Source of the DNA: Desulfonatronovibrionaceae bacterium
GTDB lineage: Bacteria; Desulfobacterota; Desulfovibrionia; Desulfovibrionales; Desulfonatronovibrionaceae
Direction: 5' to 3'
Length of the DNA stretch: 64,000 bases
Assembly (NCBI GenBank): GCA_046539845.1
Contig: JBKHGE010000001.1
Coordinates: forward strand, 1-64,000
A program made the position numbers and the translations under genes. Shown in pieces: positions 1 through 10,012 of this stretch (its first letter is position 1; every line of letters starts with the position of its first letter). Under the pieces are notes generated by a model. That model ran no database searches. It was not told the origin of the DNA and was given only the letters and a program-made list of their open reading frames with translations.

Positions 1-1437
1 CTACAAAACAGGGGACAAAAGAGCAGAGGAACGGACAGCCAGACGGAAGGGAAAGGATCTGGACGTATAGTCGCTTACTTCCGCCCGGCGGGATCCGGAA
101 AAATCACGGGCAAGCATCTCCTCCACCTCCGCGATAAAATCCGCGGAATAGTTTAAGAGCATGAGTTCAAAATTGAGGTGAAAAGAACGGTTGTCCAGGT
201 TGGCCGTACCCACGGCCGCACATGCGGAATCCACCAAAAAAACCTTCTGATGCAAAAAGCCCCGGTCATAACGAAAGATTTTGATACCTGCGGCCAGTAT
301 CTCCTGATAATAGGCAAAAGAGGCCAAATACAGGATAAGGTGATCCGCCTGCTGCGGAATAAGGATGCTTACGTCCACCCCGCGCAGGGCGGCCAGCTTG
401 AGGGCGCCGACCACCCGGGGATCAGGCACAAAATACGGACTGGCTATCCAGATCCGCTCCTTGGCGTCGTTTATCACCTGGGTGAACATCAGACCGCAGG
501 TCTCCAGGGGATCGGCCGGGCCGGAAGCAACCAGCAGATGTTTTTCATCGCCCGGGTAAGTAACGCTAAAATTCCAGTTCAAATCAGGGATCTCACCCTT
601 CGTCCAGAACCAGTCCTCCAGAAAGGCAAACTGTATCGCGTTTACCACCGGGCCCTGGACTTTGACATGGGTATCCCGCCAAGCCCCGAACCTGCTGTGC
701 CTGGAAACATACTCGTCCCCCACGTTATGCCCCCCGACAAAGGCCACCTCGCCATCCGCAATAACGATCTTGCGGTGATTGCGGAAATTGAGTTGAAAGC
801 GATTGGCCCGACCCTTGGTGGTATGAAAAGCGCTCACCTCAATCCCGGCATTGCGCAATTGGGCGAGATACCCACGGGAAAGGCTGTGACTGCCGATCTC
901 GTCGTACAGGAAATATATGCGCACCCCCTGTTTGGCCCTGGCAAGCAAAAGGTCTTTGAGTTGCCCGCCCAACTCATCGTCCCGAACGATAAAAAACTGA
1001 ATCAAAAGATATTCTTTTGCGTTGTTGATTGCGGAAAAAATAGCGGCAAAGGTATTTTTGCCGTCTATCAGCAACTCGCTTTTGTTACCCCCCAAAAGCG
1101 GCAGATCGGCCATATTCGACAGGGCTTTCTGGGATTGATGCCCATCGGTACACACCATTCCACTGGCCCTGGCCATCTTGCGCAGAGAATCCACTCTGCG
1201 GCGTACCTCCAGATCCTTGCTGGTCCGCAAAAGCACATACCCGTTGAACCTACTCCGGCCGAAGATTGCATACAAGGGCAAAACCACCCAGGGAAAAGTC
1301 ACCAGGGAGACCGCCCAAGCGATCGCGCCCTGGGAGGTCCTGGCCTTCATAATCGCATGGATAGCGGCCACAATGGCCAAACCCTCCACAAACGGGAAGA
1401 GAAAAGCAAAAAAAGCAAGAACGTCACTGCCAAGCAT
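1..1437 (-). CDS. cls: Cardiolipin synthase
   Basis: Two HKD motifs (RNHRKIVIAD, HQKVFLVD) and N-terminal TM helices. Confidence 0.93.
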   Translation of the reverse strand: MLGSDVLAFFAFLFPFVEGLAIVAAIHAIMKARTSQGAIAWAVSLVTFPWVVLPLYAIFGRSRFNGYVLLRTSKDLEVRRRVDSLRKMARASGMVCTDGHQSQKALSNMADLPLLGGNKSELLIDGKNTFAAIFSAINNAKEYLLIQFFIVRDDELGGQLKDLLLARAKQGVRIYFLYDEIGSHSLSRGYLAQLRNAGIEVSAFHTTKGRANRFQLNFRNHRKIVIADGEVAFVGGHNVGDEYVSRHSRFGAWRDTHVKVQGPVVNAIQFAFLEDWFWTKGEIPDLNWNFSVTYPGDEKHLLVASGPADPLETCGLMFTQVINDAKERIWIASPYFVPDPRVVGALKLAALRGVDVSILIPQQADHLILYLASFAYYQEILAAGIKIFRYDRGFLHQKVFLVDSACAAVGTANLDNRSFHLNFELMLLNYSADFIAEVEEMLARDFSGSRRAEVSDYTSRSFPFRLAVRSSALLSPVL

Positions 1438-1475
1438 CTTGTGTTCATCCTGATTTTAAAACCGCAAAATCACTC

Positions 1476-2249
1476 TCACAAATCCTCGTCCGGTTCGTAG
1501 TAGCCACGCGGAGTAACCAGCCACTTGCGGAAGAGCTTGGTGTCTGAGTTGCCGACTATGACACAGGAACGCATATTGACCTCATGAATGGGGAAGTCGT
1601 GCAGGGTGCTAAGAATCATCCCCTCCGAGGGCAGAGACACGTCAGTCCCCACCGCCACCGGAGAATCCGGGTCCCTATACTCAAGAAATATCTCCCTGGC
1701 CCGGGAGAGCTGCCAGATCCTCTTTTTGCTTTTGGGGTTGTACAAAGCGCAGACCAGATCCGCCGCTGCAACCGCCTTAAGCCGGATCTCTATCCGTTCC
1801 CAGGGAACCAGGATGTCGCTCAGGCTGATGACCGCATGATCGATCATAAGCGGGGCGCCAACCTTGGCAGCCAGGGCCTGACTGGCGCTTACCCCGGGGA
1901 TCACATCCACATCCAGGGCCACCCCCTCTTTTTCCAGCATCTCCAAAGCCAACCCAGCCATGCCGTATATGCCGGCATCCCCGGAAGAGACCAAGGAGAC
2001 CACTTCCCCCTGCGTGGCCAGACGGACCGCCTCGGCGCACCTCTCGCGCTCCCGGGTCATCCCGGAGGAAACAATCTTCTTGTCCGTAACCAGCTCCCGG
2101 ACATGCTCAATATAACGGGGATATCCGACAACAGTTGAGCTGCGCTGAATCGCCCTTTCCGCTCTCTTGGTCCTGTCCAAGGGGTTTCCCGGACCTACTC
2201 CGACCACATAAAGCTTTCCCTTGCAATCGCTATACTTGCCTGCGGCCAT
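1476..2249 (-). CDS. cbiH: Precorrin-3B C17-methyltransferase
   Basis: LYVVGVGPG, VSSGDAGIYGMAG, LYNPKSKKR, TPRGY motifs; in cbi cluster. Confidence 0.92.
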   Translation of the reverse strand: MAAGKYSDCKGKLYVVGVGPGNPLDRTKRAERAIQRSSTVVGYPRYIEHVRELVTDKKIVSSGMTRERERCAEAVRLATQGEVVSLVSSGDAGIYGMAGLALEMLEKEGVALDVDVIPGVSASQALAAKVGAPLMIDHAVISLSDILVPWERIEIRLKAVAAADLVCALYNPKSKKRIWQLSRAREIFLEYRDPDSPVAVGTDVSLPSEGMILSTLHDFPIHEVNMRSCVIVGNSDTKLFRKWLVTPRGYYEPDEDL

Positions 2250-2974
2250 AATTCCCTCGCATATATAAGCTCCGCTTGGTGCCCGGCCAATACAGCGGCT
2301 GGCTCGGACACCCCGGGCAGACCCACCTTATCTTGCACCAATGGTCTGTTTATAAACAAATTTTGTTTTTTTTTGATCTCCGAATCCGGAACAATGTGCA
2401 GGCAGACCCCGAGCATCTCCGCCGCCCCGCGGATCCCGGGTTCATCCTGCTTGCATCCGGCGGTGGCCAGTACCCTCATCCTCCCGGGGTCCACTCCGGC
2501 CTTTTTTAGACTCCGCAGGACACAATCCTTAAGGTGACCGGCAGCTGTTCCTCTGCGGCAACCCACTCCGACCACTATATCCTTGAGCGTTTCAGTCGCG
2601 GTGCTGACCACAGGGACCGCCCCTAGCCTGCCGGCCGCATAAAAAGCCAACTCATTGGCCCCACCCTCATGCCCGGAAAGCAGACTGACCACAAACCGGC
2701 CGGCCGGATCCACCTGGACCACGGCCGGATCAAGGTGCTTGTCCCGCGGCAAACCGGAAAGGGCCCGGACAGCCGCCCCGGCCGGAGTAAAAAAAATCAA
2801 GCGCGGATAACCGGCAAAAAGCCACTCCGTTACTTTTACCAGGGAGGCAAAGGGGGTCTCTCCGGGGAGCAGGGCACAGTTTTCGTGCCCGAACACATCC
2901 GAGGGCAGTGCATTTGCCAGGCACCTGGCCAGAAAAAGGCCCCGCTCGGACAGGGCAATCAATGCGGCCTTCAT
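2195..2974 (-). CDS. cbiG: Cobalt-precorrin-5A hydrolase
   Basis: DPAVVQVD, SLLSGHEGGAN, VGVGCRRG, GVSEPAA motifs. Confidence 0.9.
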   Translation of the reverse strand: MKAALIALSERGLFLARCLANALPSDVFGHENCALLPGETPFASLVKVTEWLFAGYPRLIFFTPAGAAVRALSGLPRDKHLDPAVVQVDPAGRFVVSLLSGHEGGANELAFYAAGRLGAVPVVSTATETLKDIVVGVGCRRGTAAGHLKDCVLRSLKKAGVDPGRMRVLATAGCKQDEPGIRGAAEMLGVCLHIVPDSEIKKKQNLFINRPLVQDKVGLPGVSEPAAVLAGHQAELIYARELWPQASIAIARESFMWSE

Positions 2975-3603
2975 CTCTTCTCCAAAACGAGCAAGGCGTT
3001 CCCGCCAGGGCAGGTCTCCAGAACACCACGGTCTTCAATCCGCAGAATCGATTCTCCCGGAAGACCCAGATCAGAGCAGCAATAAAATATATACTCCCGG
3101 TGGAGTCGATCCCATATCCCGGTCAACCGCTTTACGTCCCTGCCGGCCAGGACCACTGCAGTTTCGTGCCCCAGAATTTCCTCCGGATCCGGAGGGTTGC
3201 GGCCATGGGCGCTCAGCACGCTGACCCCGATCCAGTCCAGACCCAGACGGGCGAGGGCCAGCTGAACCGAGCTTACACCCGGTATTACCCGGCATTGGTC
3301 CCGACCGAATTTTCCCTTCAGACGTCCGGCCAGACTGAAACACCCCGGATCCCCGCTGACCAATACCCCGATCCGGCCCCGTTTCAGGGCCTGGGCCACT
3401 TCCCTGAGCACTTGGTCTATATCCCCGCCGATCTCCCGCTTTTCCCCGCTAAATTCAGGAAACAGATCCAAAAGCCTCGCCGCTCCGAAAAGGATCCGAC
3501 AATCTCTAGCCGCCAGCCGGGCAGCCGGGATTATATAATCCGCATGCCCCGGGCCGCAGCCGATCACTGCTAAATTTTGTCCTGTTTCCCTGTTTTTTCC
3601 CAT
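2971..3603 (-). CDS. cbiE: Cobalt-precorrin-7 C5-methyltransferase (stand-alone CbiE, no CbiT domain)
   Basis: VIGCGPG, VLVSGDPGCFS, IPGVSSVQLA, SAHGR; start moved to ATG at 3603. Confidence 0.85.
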   Translation of the reverse strand: MGKNRETGQNLAVIGCGPGHADYIIPAARLAARDCRILFGAARLLDLFPEFSGEKREIGGDIDQVLREVAQALKRGRIGVLVSGDPGCFSLAGRLKGKFGRDQCRVIPGVSSVQLALARLGLDWIGVSVLSAHGRNPPDPEEILGHETAVVLAGRDVKRLTGIWDRLHREYIFYCCSDLGLPGESILRIEDRGVLETCPGGNALLVLEKR

Positions 3604-3646
3604 AATTTCCGCTCCCGGAGCTGACCAGGAAATGGCCCCAAAACTC

Positions 3647-4675
3647 TCATTCGGCCCGGCCGAGCTCTTTTCCCTGCAAATCAATAAGCCGGACCGAGCA
3701 GATCTGCCCTCCGCCCCTGGCTTGCACCGCCTCCAGGACATCCCGGGCCAGAGCGCAGCAGACAATCCACCTCTCTTCTTCCTGCATCCGGTCCAGGATC
3801 TCCTGTACGGTCCTCGCCTGGGCCCAAAAAGAAAGGCCGAGTTTTGCCATTTTTTTCTGGGCCACAGACAGGGCTGGCTTTGATCTTTGACTGTGGGTGT
3901 CAAACTCCCCGCGGCAAAGCTTCAAAAGCTTGCCCGGATGACCGCACACGTCCGCCTGCAATACGACCTCCCGGGCCAGACAGTCCAGGGCCGCCCCCCA
4001 CTCGTTCCCCACCTCCAGCACCTGCTGCGGGGCATAGCCTTGGGCCCGGGCAAAACGCCGGCCCATGTTTCCGGGGACCAGAACGATCCGCTCCAGACCA
4101 GCTGCGTCCGCCTGGCGCAGACTCAGGCGTACGGTCTCCCGGAGGGCGGACAGGGAAAACGGCCTGACCCGACCGGTAGTGCCCAGAATGGAGATCCCGG
4201 CCACAATTCCTAGCCTGGGATTAAAGGTCTTGGCCGCGATCTCTCTCCCGCGGGGAACAATCACCCGCACGCGCACCGGACGGGCATAACTTCGAGCCAC
4301 TTCTCTTTTTATCATCTCCAGGGGCACTGGATTGATAGCCGGCCCGCCGGGCAAGGCCGCCAGACCCGGACGGGTGACAACCCCCACTCCTGGCCCGGCC
4401 TCGACTCGAAAAACGCCGGACGGACTGACACCGGCCCCAATGCGCAGGCCATGGGTGGCGTCCGGATCGTCTCCCCCGTCCTTGAACACATAAGCCCGGA
4501 ACTCCCCGTTCCTTAATGCCGGGTTATGCACGGTGAACCATACCCTCTCTCCCCCCGGCAAGACTACATCCACCTCAGAGACATCCCTCTCCCCCCGCAT
4601 TAGAAGACAGGCCGCTCTGGCGGCGGCAGCCGCGCATGTCCCGGTGGAGAGTCCGCTCTTCAGTCCTTTTGCCAT
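3647..4675 (-). CDS. cbiD: Cobalt-precorrin-5B C1-methyltransferase
   Basis: GLSTGTCAAAA, KDGGDDPDATHG, TFNPRLGIVAGISILGTTG; ATG at 4675. Confidence 0.93.
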   Translation of the reverse strand: MAKGLKSGLSTGTCAAAAARAACLLMRGERDVSEVDVVLPGGERVWFTVHNPALRNGEFRAYVFKDGGDDPDATHGLRIGAGVSPSGVFRVEAGPGVGVVTRPGLAALPGGPAINPVPLEMIKREVARSYARPVRVRVIVPRGREIAAKTFNPRLGIVAGISILGTTGRVRPFSLSALRETVRLSLRQADAAGLERIVLVPGNMGRRFARAQGYAPQQVLEVGNEWGAALDCLAREVVLQADVCGHPGKLLKLCRGEFDTHSQRSKPALSVAQKKMAKLGLSFWAQARTVQEILDRMQEEERWIVCCALARDVLEAVQARGGGQICSVRLIDLQGKELGRAE

Positions 4676-5412
4676 TCTCTCCGCCGTACATGGATTACCA
4701 CACAGGCCAGATACCCGGGCAAACAACCGCTGTATTCCCGCAGGTCACGGCACACGAACTCCTTTTTTTGTTCCGCATAGCAGACAAGCGCAGAATCGGC
4801 CAAAAGGCCCTCCTCCTCCAAAAGACGCCTTATGTGCTGCATGTTCTGTCCCGCCTTGTACAGGACCAGGGTCTCACATTCCTGGAGGGCCCTTTTTATC
4901 TGCTCGGTCTCGGTTCCGGTCATGAGCAGCAGTCGATCCTCCTGCACGGCCAGGGCCTTTTTCAGGCGGGCGGATACCGCCTGGAAAGCGGCTATGCCCG
5001 GGACTACATGCACTTTTCCCCTGCTCATAAGGGTTTGCACCTCGGCCAGGAAATAGCAGCTGGTGCTGAAAAGCAGGGGATCGCCCAAGGTAATCTGGGC
5101 CACAACGCAGCCTTTTTCCGCCCGAAGCGCAGCCTCCTCGGCCATCTGTCGCCAAAAGGCACTGGTTGCCTTTTGATCCCGGCGCATGGGGTAGACCGCC
5201 TCTATAAGCTCCTGTCCATTGATCCAGGGACGGATGGTTTCCAGGGCCATGCTCTTTTCTGACTTGGAAGAACGCGGACAGATAATAACGTCCGCGCCAC
5301 GGATGACCTGAACCGCCCGTAGGGTAAGCAGATCCGGGGCCCCGGGACCGATACCCACTGCGTACACATGACCCCTGATTGGATCTGCTCCGCTTGCAGC
5401 CGCATCCGGCAT
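4660..5412 (-). CDS. cbiL: Cobalt-precorrin-2 C20-methyltransferase
   Basis: VGIGPGAPDLLTLRAV, ITLGDPLLFST, VVPGIAAF; ATG at 5412 abuts upstream stop. Confidence 0.88.
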   Translation of the reverse strand: MPDAAASGADPIRGHVYAVGIGPGAPDLLTLRAVQVIRGADVIICPRSSKSEKSMALETIRPWINGQELIEAVYPMRRDQKATSAFWRQMAEEAALRAEKGCVVAQITLGDPLLFSTSCYFLAEVQTLMSRGKVHVVPGIAAFQAVSARLKKALAVQEDRLLLMTGTETEQIKRALQECETLVLYKAGQNMQHIRRLLEEEGLLADSALVCYAEQKKEFVCRDLREYSGCLPGYLACVVIHVRRREWQKD

Positions 5413-6374
5413 CACCTCTCCTCCAAACGGCACAAGGCGTTGAAGGCGGCTGCGGCCGCAGGCGACCCCCCCCTGGGGCCGACATTGGCTATACACTCCA
5501 GACCGCTTTTGAGCAGGGACTCCTTGGCCTGGGCCGCACCCACGAATCCCACCGGCAGGCCGATAACCAAGGCCGGAGAGATCTTTTTTTCCGCCCATAA
5601 CTCTAGAAGCGCCCACAAAGAAGTCGGGGAATTGCCCACCACCACAATCGAATCCCGCAGCCTGTCTCCGGCTCTGTCCACAGCGGTCGCTGCTCGGGTA
5701 CTGCTCGGGGGCACGGCCGCATCCCCCAGCAGATCCAGAAGACAAATCGTGTTTTTTGCCCCGGTCATGGCCGCCTCAAGCATGCGCACATCGCAAAAAA
5801 CCGGCGTTTTGGCAGCCAGGGCCTCTTTTCCTTGAGTAAGTGCCCGGGAAGAAAAACGCAGATTCCGGGCAAAAGAAAAATCTGCGGTGGCGTGGACCAC
5901 GCGGGCGGCAATCTCTTTTTCCCCGCTTTTGCGAGCAGGGATATGCTCTCGAATAAACTCCAGGCTGTTTTTCTCGATCCTCCGGCCGGAGCGGATTATC
6001 TCCCCGCCTGCAGCCTCCCACAGGCGCTCAAACACTAACTCGTCCATCAAGGGGTCGTCTTCCAAAGACGGGAGCATCTCCAAACTCACCTGAGGATAGG
6101 TGCGGCGCAGGCCTTGCAACTGCTCCGGTATGTCCTGGACCACGTGGTTGCCGTTGAACAAAAAATAAGGAAAGACCATGATCCGGGTATAGCCTCGAGA
6201 AACGAGTTCTTCTGCCTTTTCCTCCAGGCCGGGCCGGCCCAGGGAAAAAAAGGCCGGTTCCACTGCTGCCGCACAGAGCCTGGTCCTCAGGCGGGCCACC
6301 ATCCTTTCGAACGCTTCGGACACTTCCGATCTCCTGCTGCCGTGTCCCAAAACAACTATTGCTGTATCCATCAT
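5412..6374 (-). CDS. Fused CbiX-type sirohydrochlorin cobaltochelatase / precorrin-8X methylmutase (CbiC)
   Basis: N-terminal GHGSR...PYFLFNGNHVVQDIP (CbiX); C-terminal RVVHATAD, TRA, VGNSPT, GLPVGFVGA, RGGSPAAAAAFNA (CbiC). Confidence 0.88.
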   Translation of the reverse strand: MMDTAIVVLGHGSRRSEVSEAFERMVARLRTRLCAAAVEPAFFSLGRPGLEEKAEELVSRGYTRIMVFPYFLFNGNHVVQDIPEQLQGLRRTYPQVSLEMLPSLEDDPLMDELVFERLWEAAGGEIIRSGRRIEKNSLEFIREHIPARKSGEKEIAARVVHATADFSFARNLRFSSRALTQGKEALAAKTPVFCDVRMLEAAMTGAKNTICLLDLLGDAAVPPSSTRAATAVDRAGDRLRDSIVVVGNSPTSLWALLELWAEKKISPALVIGLPVGFVGAAQAKESLLKSGLECIANVGPRGGSPAAAAAFNALCRLEER

Positions 6375-6378
6375 TTAT

Positions 6379-7719
6379 TTACCCTATATAGGTGAGTATA
6401 TGCCGAACGGTTTCCTCGCTGTGCCCGAAATAGACATGGACATAGCTGGCCAGGACATTGTCCTGGATGAACCCGGCCGCATCCACCTCTTCCCCTCGGC
6501 TGTTTTCGGTTCGGTAGATATTGGCGGCCTCCGGCCGTTTTGTAGCCAGTTCCGAATAATGGAATTCATGCCCCCGCAGCCGTCGGCCGGTTTTTCCCAG
6601 TAGACAATCCCGAAGCAACTCCAGCTGGACATAGCCCAGGGCCCTGCGTTTGGGAAGCATGCGGAAGTCCAGGGAAAGTACGCCGCACATGGCAAACTCT
6701 TCTCCCTGGGCATCCCTCAGGGCCGCACCCAGATAAATCATCCCCCCGCATTCGGCATAGATATGCCCCCCGCGGCCAGCGAATTTTGCTATCGCATTTT
6801 TCATCACCCGGTTGCCGGCCAGGGCCGGGGCAAAGATCTCTGGGTATCCCCCGCCCAGGTAAATGGCCTTTAGACTATCGGGCAGACTGCGGTCCTGCAG
6901 AGGGGAGAAATACACCAGTTCCGCCCCGCACTCCCGAAGCTTATCCAGATTGGCCTGATAATAAAAATTAAACGCCTTGTCCCGGGCCACCCCGATTCGC
7001 GGCCCCCGACGAAGCGTGGTCGGACCGGTCCGGACCGCCTCTGGCATTTGCCCCATATCCAGAGCGAGAATCCGGTCTACATCCAGATACTTTTCTCCGG
7101 TCCGGGCAAAAGCGCTGAATTTCTTGCCGGGCCCTTGTTCCTCTTCCGGGACAAGACCCAGGTGTCGAGACTCGATCCGGGGCACCCCCTGCCTGGGGAC
7201 GGCCCCTACCAAAGGGGGAAGCCCATGGCTTTCCAGACTGGCCTCCAGGATCTTGCGGTGTCTGTCTGAACCGCATCCGTTGGCCACAACCCCCTTAATC
7301 TGTTCCCCGAACCGGGAAAGACCACAAAACCCCCAAACTAATGCGGCAAAACTTTCTGACATGCCGCAACAGGGGGCGACCAAAATAACCGTCGAGCCCA
7401 AAAGCGAGGCCAGCTCTGCCGCCGATCCCCTTGTACCATTCTTTCCTCCGCCGTCATAATAGCCCATGACCCCTTCAATCAGGGACACCCCTCGGCTGGC
7501 GTTTAGCAACTCGCTCACATGAGGGGCTGGACTCATCCAGGTATCCAGATTATAACAAGGTGTAGCGCATATCGAGCCTAGGTGCATGGGATCCAGAAAA
7601 TCCGGCCCTGCCTTGAACGGAGTTACATCCTGGCCGCGTTCCTTAAGGACCGCGGCCAGGGCCAAAAACACCGAGGTCTTTCCCGCCCCGCTGCCGGTTG
7701 CCGATACCAGTATGCTCAT
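6379..7719 (-). CDS. cbiA: Cobyrinate a,c-diamide synthase
   Basis: SGAGKT, FKAGPDFLDP, IEGVMGYYDG, ESRHLGL, YAECGG, GHEFHYS; ATG at 7719. Confidence 0.93.
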   Translation of the reverse strand: MSILVSATGSGAGKTSVFLALAAVLKERGQDVTPFKAGPDFLDPMHLGSICATPCYNLDTWMSPAPHVSELLNASRGVSLIEGVMGYYDGGGKNGTRGSAAELASLLGSTVILVAPCCGMSESFAALVWGFCGLSRFGEQIKGVVANGCGSDRHRKILEASLESHGLPPLVGAVPRQGVPRIESRHLGLVPEEEQGPGKKFSAFARTGEKYLDVDRILALDMGQMPEAVRTGPTTLRRGPRIGVARDKAFNFYYQANLDKLRECGAELVYFSPLQDRSLPDSLKAIYLGGGYPEIFAPALAGNRVMKNAIAKFAGRGGHIYAECGGMIYLGAALRDAQGEEFAMCGVLSLDFRMLPKRRALGYVQLELLRDCLLGKTGRRLRGHEFHYSELATKRPEAANIYRTENSRGEEVDAAGFIQDNVLASYVHVYFGHSEETVRHILTYIG

Positions 7720-8069
7720 TTCCTTAAATTCCACTTTGTAACAAGACTTAAGCCACACTAAGATCCCTTGACATACAGCCTGGAACCGGTTTGGTCAAAA
7801 CCCCCTCTTGCCGTTTTCAGGATGGTAACACAGGATGAATACCGAACCTCAAAAGATATTCACCGGGGCCGGCAAAAAATCCCGGTATTTTTTCAACTCT
7901 AGGTTGCGTATCCGGGACAAACATGGCATTATAAATGAAAATGATTTGCGGGGAATCGTATTGAACTTTTTTATAAATATGACTATTTGGACTCTTGTCT
8001 GAGTCGCAAATATATCCCGATCCGCATCTTACCGGCATATAACCAACAACTTCCTTAAGGAGGAGTTTT

Positions 8070-9380
8070 ATGGCTGAAGCAGCTGTCAAACTTGGAGCAG
8101 AGCCGAAAACCACCTTCATGGACAAGGTAAGAGATCTTTTGCCCGAAGAGGGGCATTTGAATCTCTGCCTTACATGCGGGGCCTGCTCTGCCGGATGTCC
8201 TGCCTCCGGCATTGAGGACATGGATCCCAGAAAATTCCTGCGCATGGCCGCCCTGGGGCTGGACGAAGAAGTCACCTCCACCGGCTGGGTCTGGTGTTGT
8301 ACCCAATGCAGGAGGTGTATCTATGCCTGTCCCATGAGCATTGACATCCCCAAGCTGGTTTACCAGGCCCGCGCTGAATGGCCGCGGGAGGAAAGGCCAA
8401 AGGGTATACTCGGCTCCTGCGACATGGCCCTGAAGACCGAAGGCAACAGCGCCATGGGCGCATCCTCTGAGGACTTCAAGTTCGTTGTCGAAGACGTCCT
8501 GGAAGAGATCAAGGAAGAGCAGCCGAACATGGACAAGCTGGTGGCCCCGATAGACAAGAAAGGGGCCAAGTACTTTTTGAACCAGAACTCCCGCGAACCG
8601 GTCACCGAAGCGGAAGAAATGGTCCCGCTGTGGAAGATTTTGAACACGGTCGGAGCGGACTGGACTTACGGCACTCTTGGTTGGGGAGGGGAGAACTACT
8701 GCATGTTCCTTTCCGACACCGAAGGCTGGGAGAAAATAGTCCGCAACAAGGTCAAGGCCGCAGAAGACCTGGGGGTGGAAGTCTTTCTCAATACCGAGTG
8801 AGGGCACGAATTTTATGCGCTCCTGGAAGGATTGCGCAAGTTCAAGATCGAGCCCAAGTTCAGACTGGAAAGCATCATCACCCATTACGCCCGCTGGATC
8901 CGGGAAGGCCGCCTGCCGGTGGACCCGTCCTGGAACAAAGATATAGGGGCCAAATTCACGGTTCAGGATCCCTGCCAACTGGTCCGCAAAGGCCTGGGGG
9001 ATCCCGTGGCCGAGGACCTCAGGTTCGTGGTCAAATCCGTGGTCGGTGAAGAGAACTTCGTGGATATGTACCCGAACAAATCCAACAATTTCTGCTGCGG
9101 CGGGGGCGGAGGGTTCCTCCAGGCCACCGGATATGAAGAACAGCGCAGAAAATTCGGGAAGATAAAGTTCGACCAGATCAAGGAAACCGGGGCCAATTAC
9201 TGCATAACCCCGTGTCATAATTGCCACTCTCAGGTTCTTGATCTAAACGAGTACTACAACGGTGGATACTACACAGTCCATCTGTGGAGCCTTATCTGCC
9301 TCTCCCTGGGCATTCTGGGCGAACACGAACGCGAATACCTGGGCCCGGAGCTGCAGGAAGTGGCTGTTTACGGCGCCTAG
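8070..9380 (+). CDS. Selenocysteine-containing HdrD/GlpC-like (2x[4Fe-4S] plus CCG-domain) Fe-S oxidoreductase, 436 aa, Sec at UGA 8799-8801
   Basis: ORFs 8070-8801 and 8832-9380 are in frame; junction reads NTE-UGA-GHEF at the conserved ECGH Cys; CxxCxxCxxxCP twice, QDPC, CCGGGGG, PCHNC; SD AAGGAGG; hairpin downstream of UGA. Confidence 0.88.
8816..8838 (+). promoter_or_regulatory. Putative bacterial SECIS element
   Basis: UGCGC-UCC[UGGAA]GGA-UU-GCGCA hairpin, loop 22 nt after UGA. Confidence 0.75.
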
Positions 9381-9399
9381 ACACGAACTCAAAATTGGG

Positions 9400-9434
9400 A
9401 AAAAAACCCGGCTGCACTGCAGCCGGGTTTTTTT
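9400..9434. terminator. Intrinsic terminator
   Basis: AAAAAAACCCGGCTGCA-C-TGCAGCCGGGTTTTTTT perfect inverted repeat with T tract. Confidence 0.85.
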
Positions 9435-9509
9435 GATTCTTGCCTCTTGTGTATGGACTTAAAAAACTTATGGGCCTATTATAGTCCCCAAAAATACAAG
9501 GAGGTGGAC

Positions 9510-10004
9510 ATGGAGCTTACTGACGTGGCTTGGACTGAAAAATGGGAGGAGCTGGAAAAGGCGCTACACGAGAACTCCGGGCTCAATGCCTGCGTATACA
9601 ATAATCAAGGGGCGCGTATCACCAAATATACGGCCTGGGGGAACAAAATCTGCCCCATTGTCAAGGGCCACCCGCAGGGAGTGGCCAATATCTGTGCGGT
9701 AGCCAATCAGAATATGACCAGCCGAGCCCGTGAGGCCGGGGAACCAATAGTGGGCGAATGTGATGCCGGGTTTGTCAAATTCGCAGTCCCGATCATAAAA
9801 GACAAACAATTCCTGGGGACGGTTGGCGGCTGCGGCCACCTCTACCCCCAAGGAGAAGTGGAGACCTTTTACATCCACAAATCCATCGGCCATGCCCTTG
9901 AGGAACTGGACCGGTTGGCCGCAGAAATACCCCGGACCAGCCCGGAGGAAGTCCAAAAGCAGATCAGGTTCGTCCAAGGGCAGCTCGCCCGGATATTGGA
10001 ATAG
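9510..10004 (+). CDS. Stand-alone PocR ligand-binding domain protein
   Basis: Three spaced Cys (ICPIVK, ICAVAN, ECDAG) and FAVPI...GTVGGCG; SD AGGAGG before ATG 9510. Confidence 0.8.
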   Translation: MELTDVAWTEKWEELEKALHENSGLNACVYNNQGARITKYTAWGNKICPIVKGHPQGVANICAVANQNMTSRAREAGEPIVGECDAGFVKFAVPIIKDKQFLGTVGGCGHLYPQGEVETFYIHKSIGHALEELDRLAAEIPRTSPEEVQKQIRFVQGQLARILE

Positions 10005-10012
10005 GCTGCCGT

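Noticed and set aside
7720..8070. Cobalamin riboswitch or sigma54 promoter
   Set aside because: B12-box motifs not found; TGGCAT near 7924 lacks a proper TTGC -12 element
8055..9227. 390-aa minus-strand ORF spanning the UGA junction
   Set aside because: Shadow of the + strand Fe-S selenoprotein; no motifs
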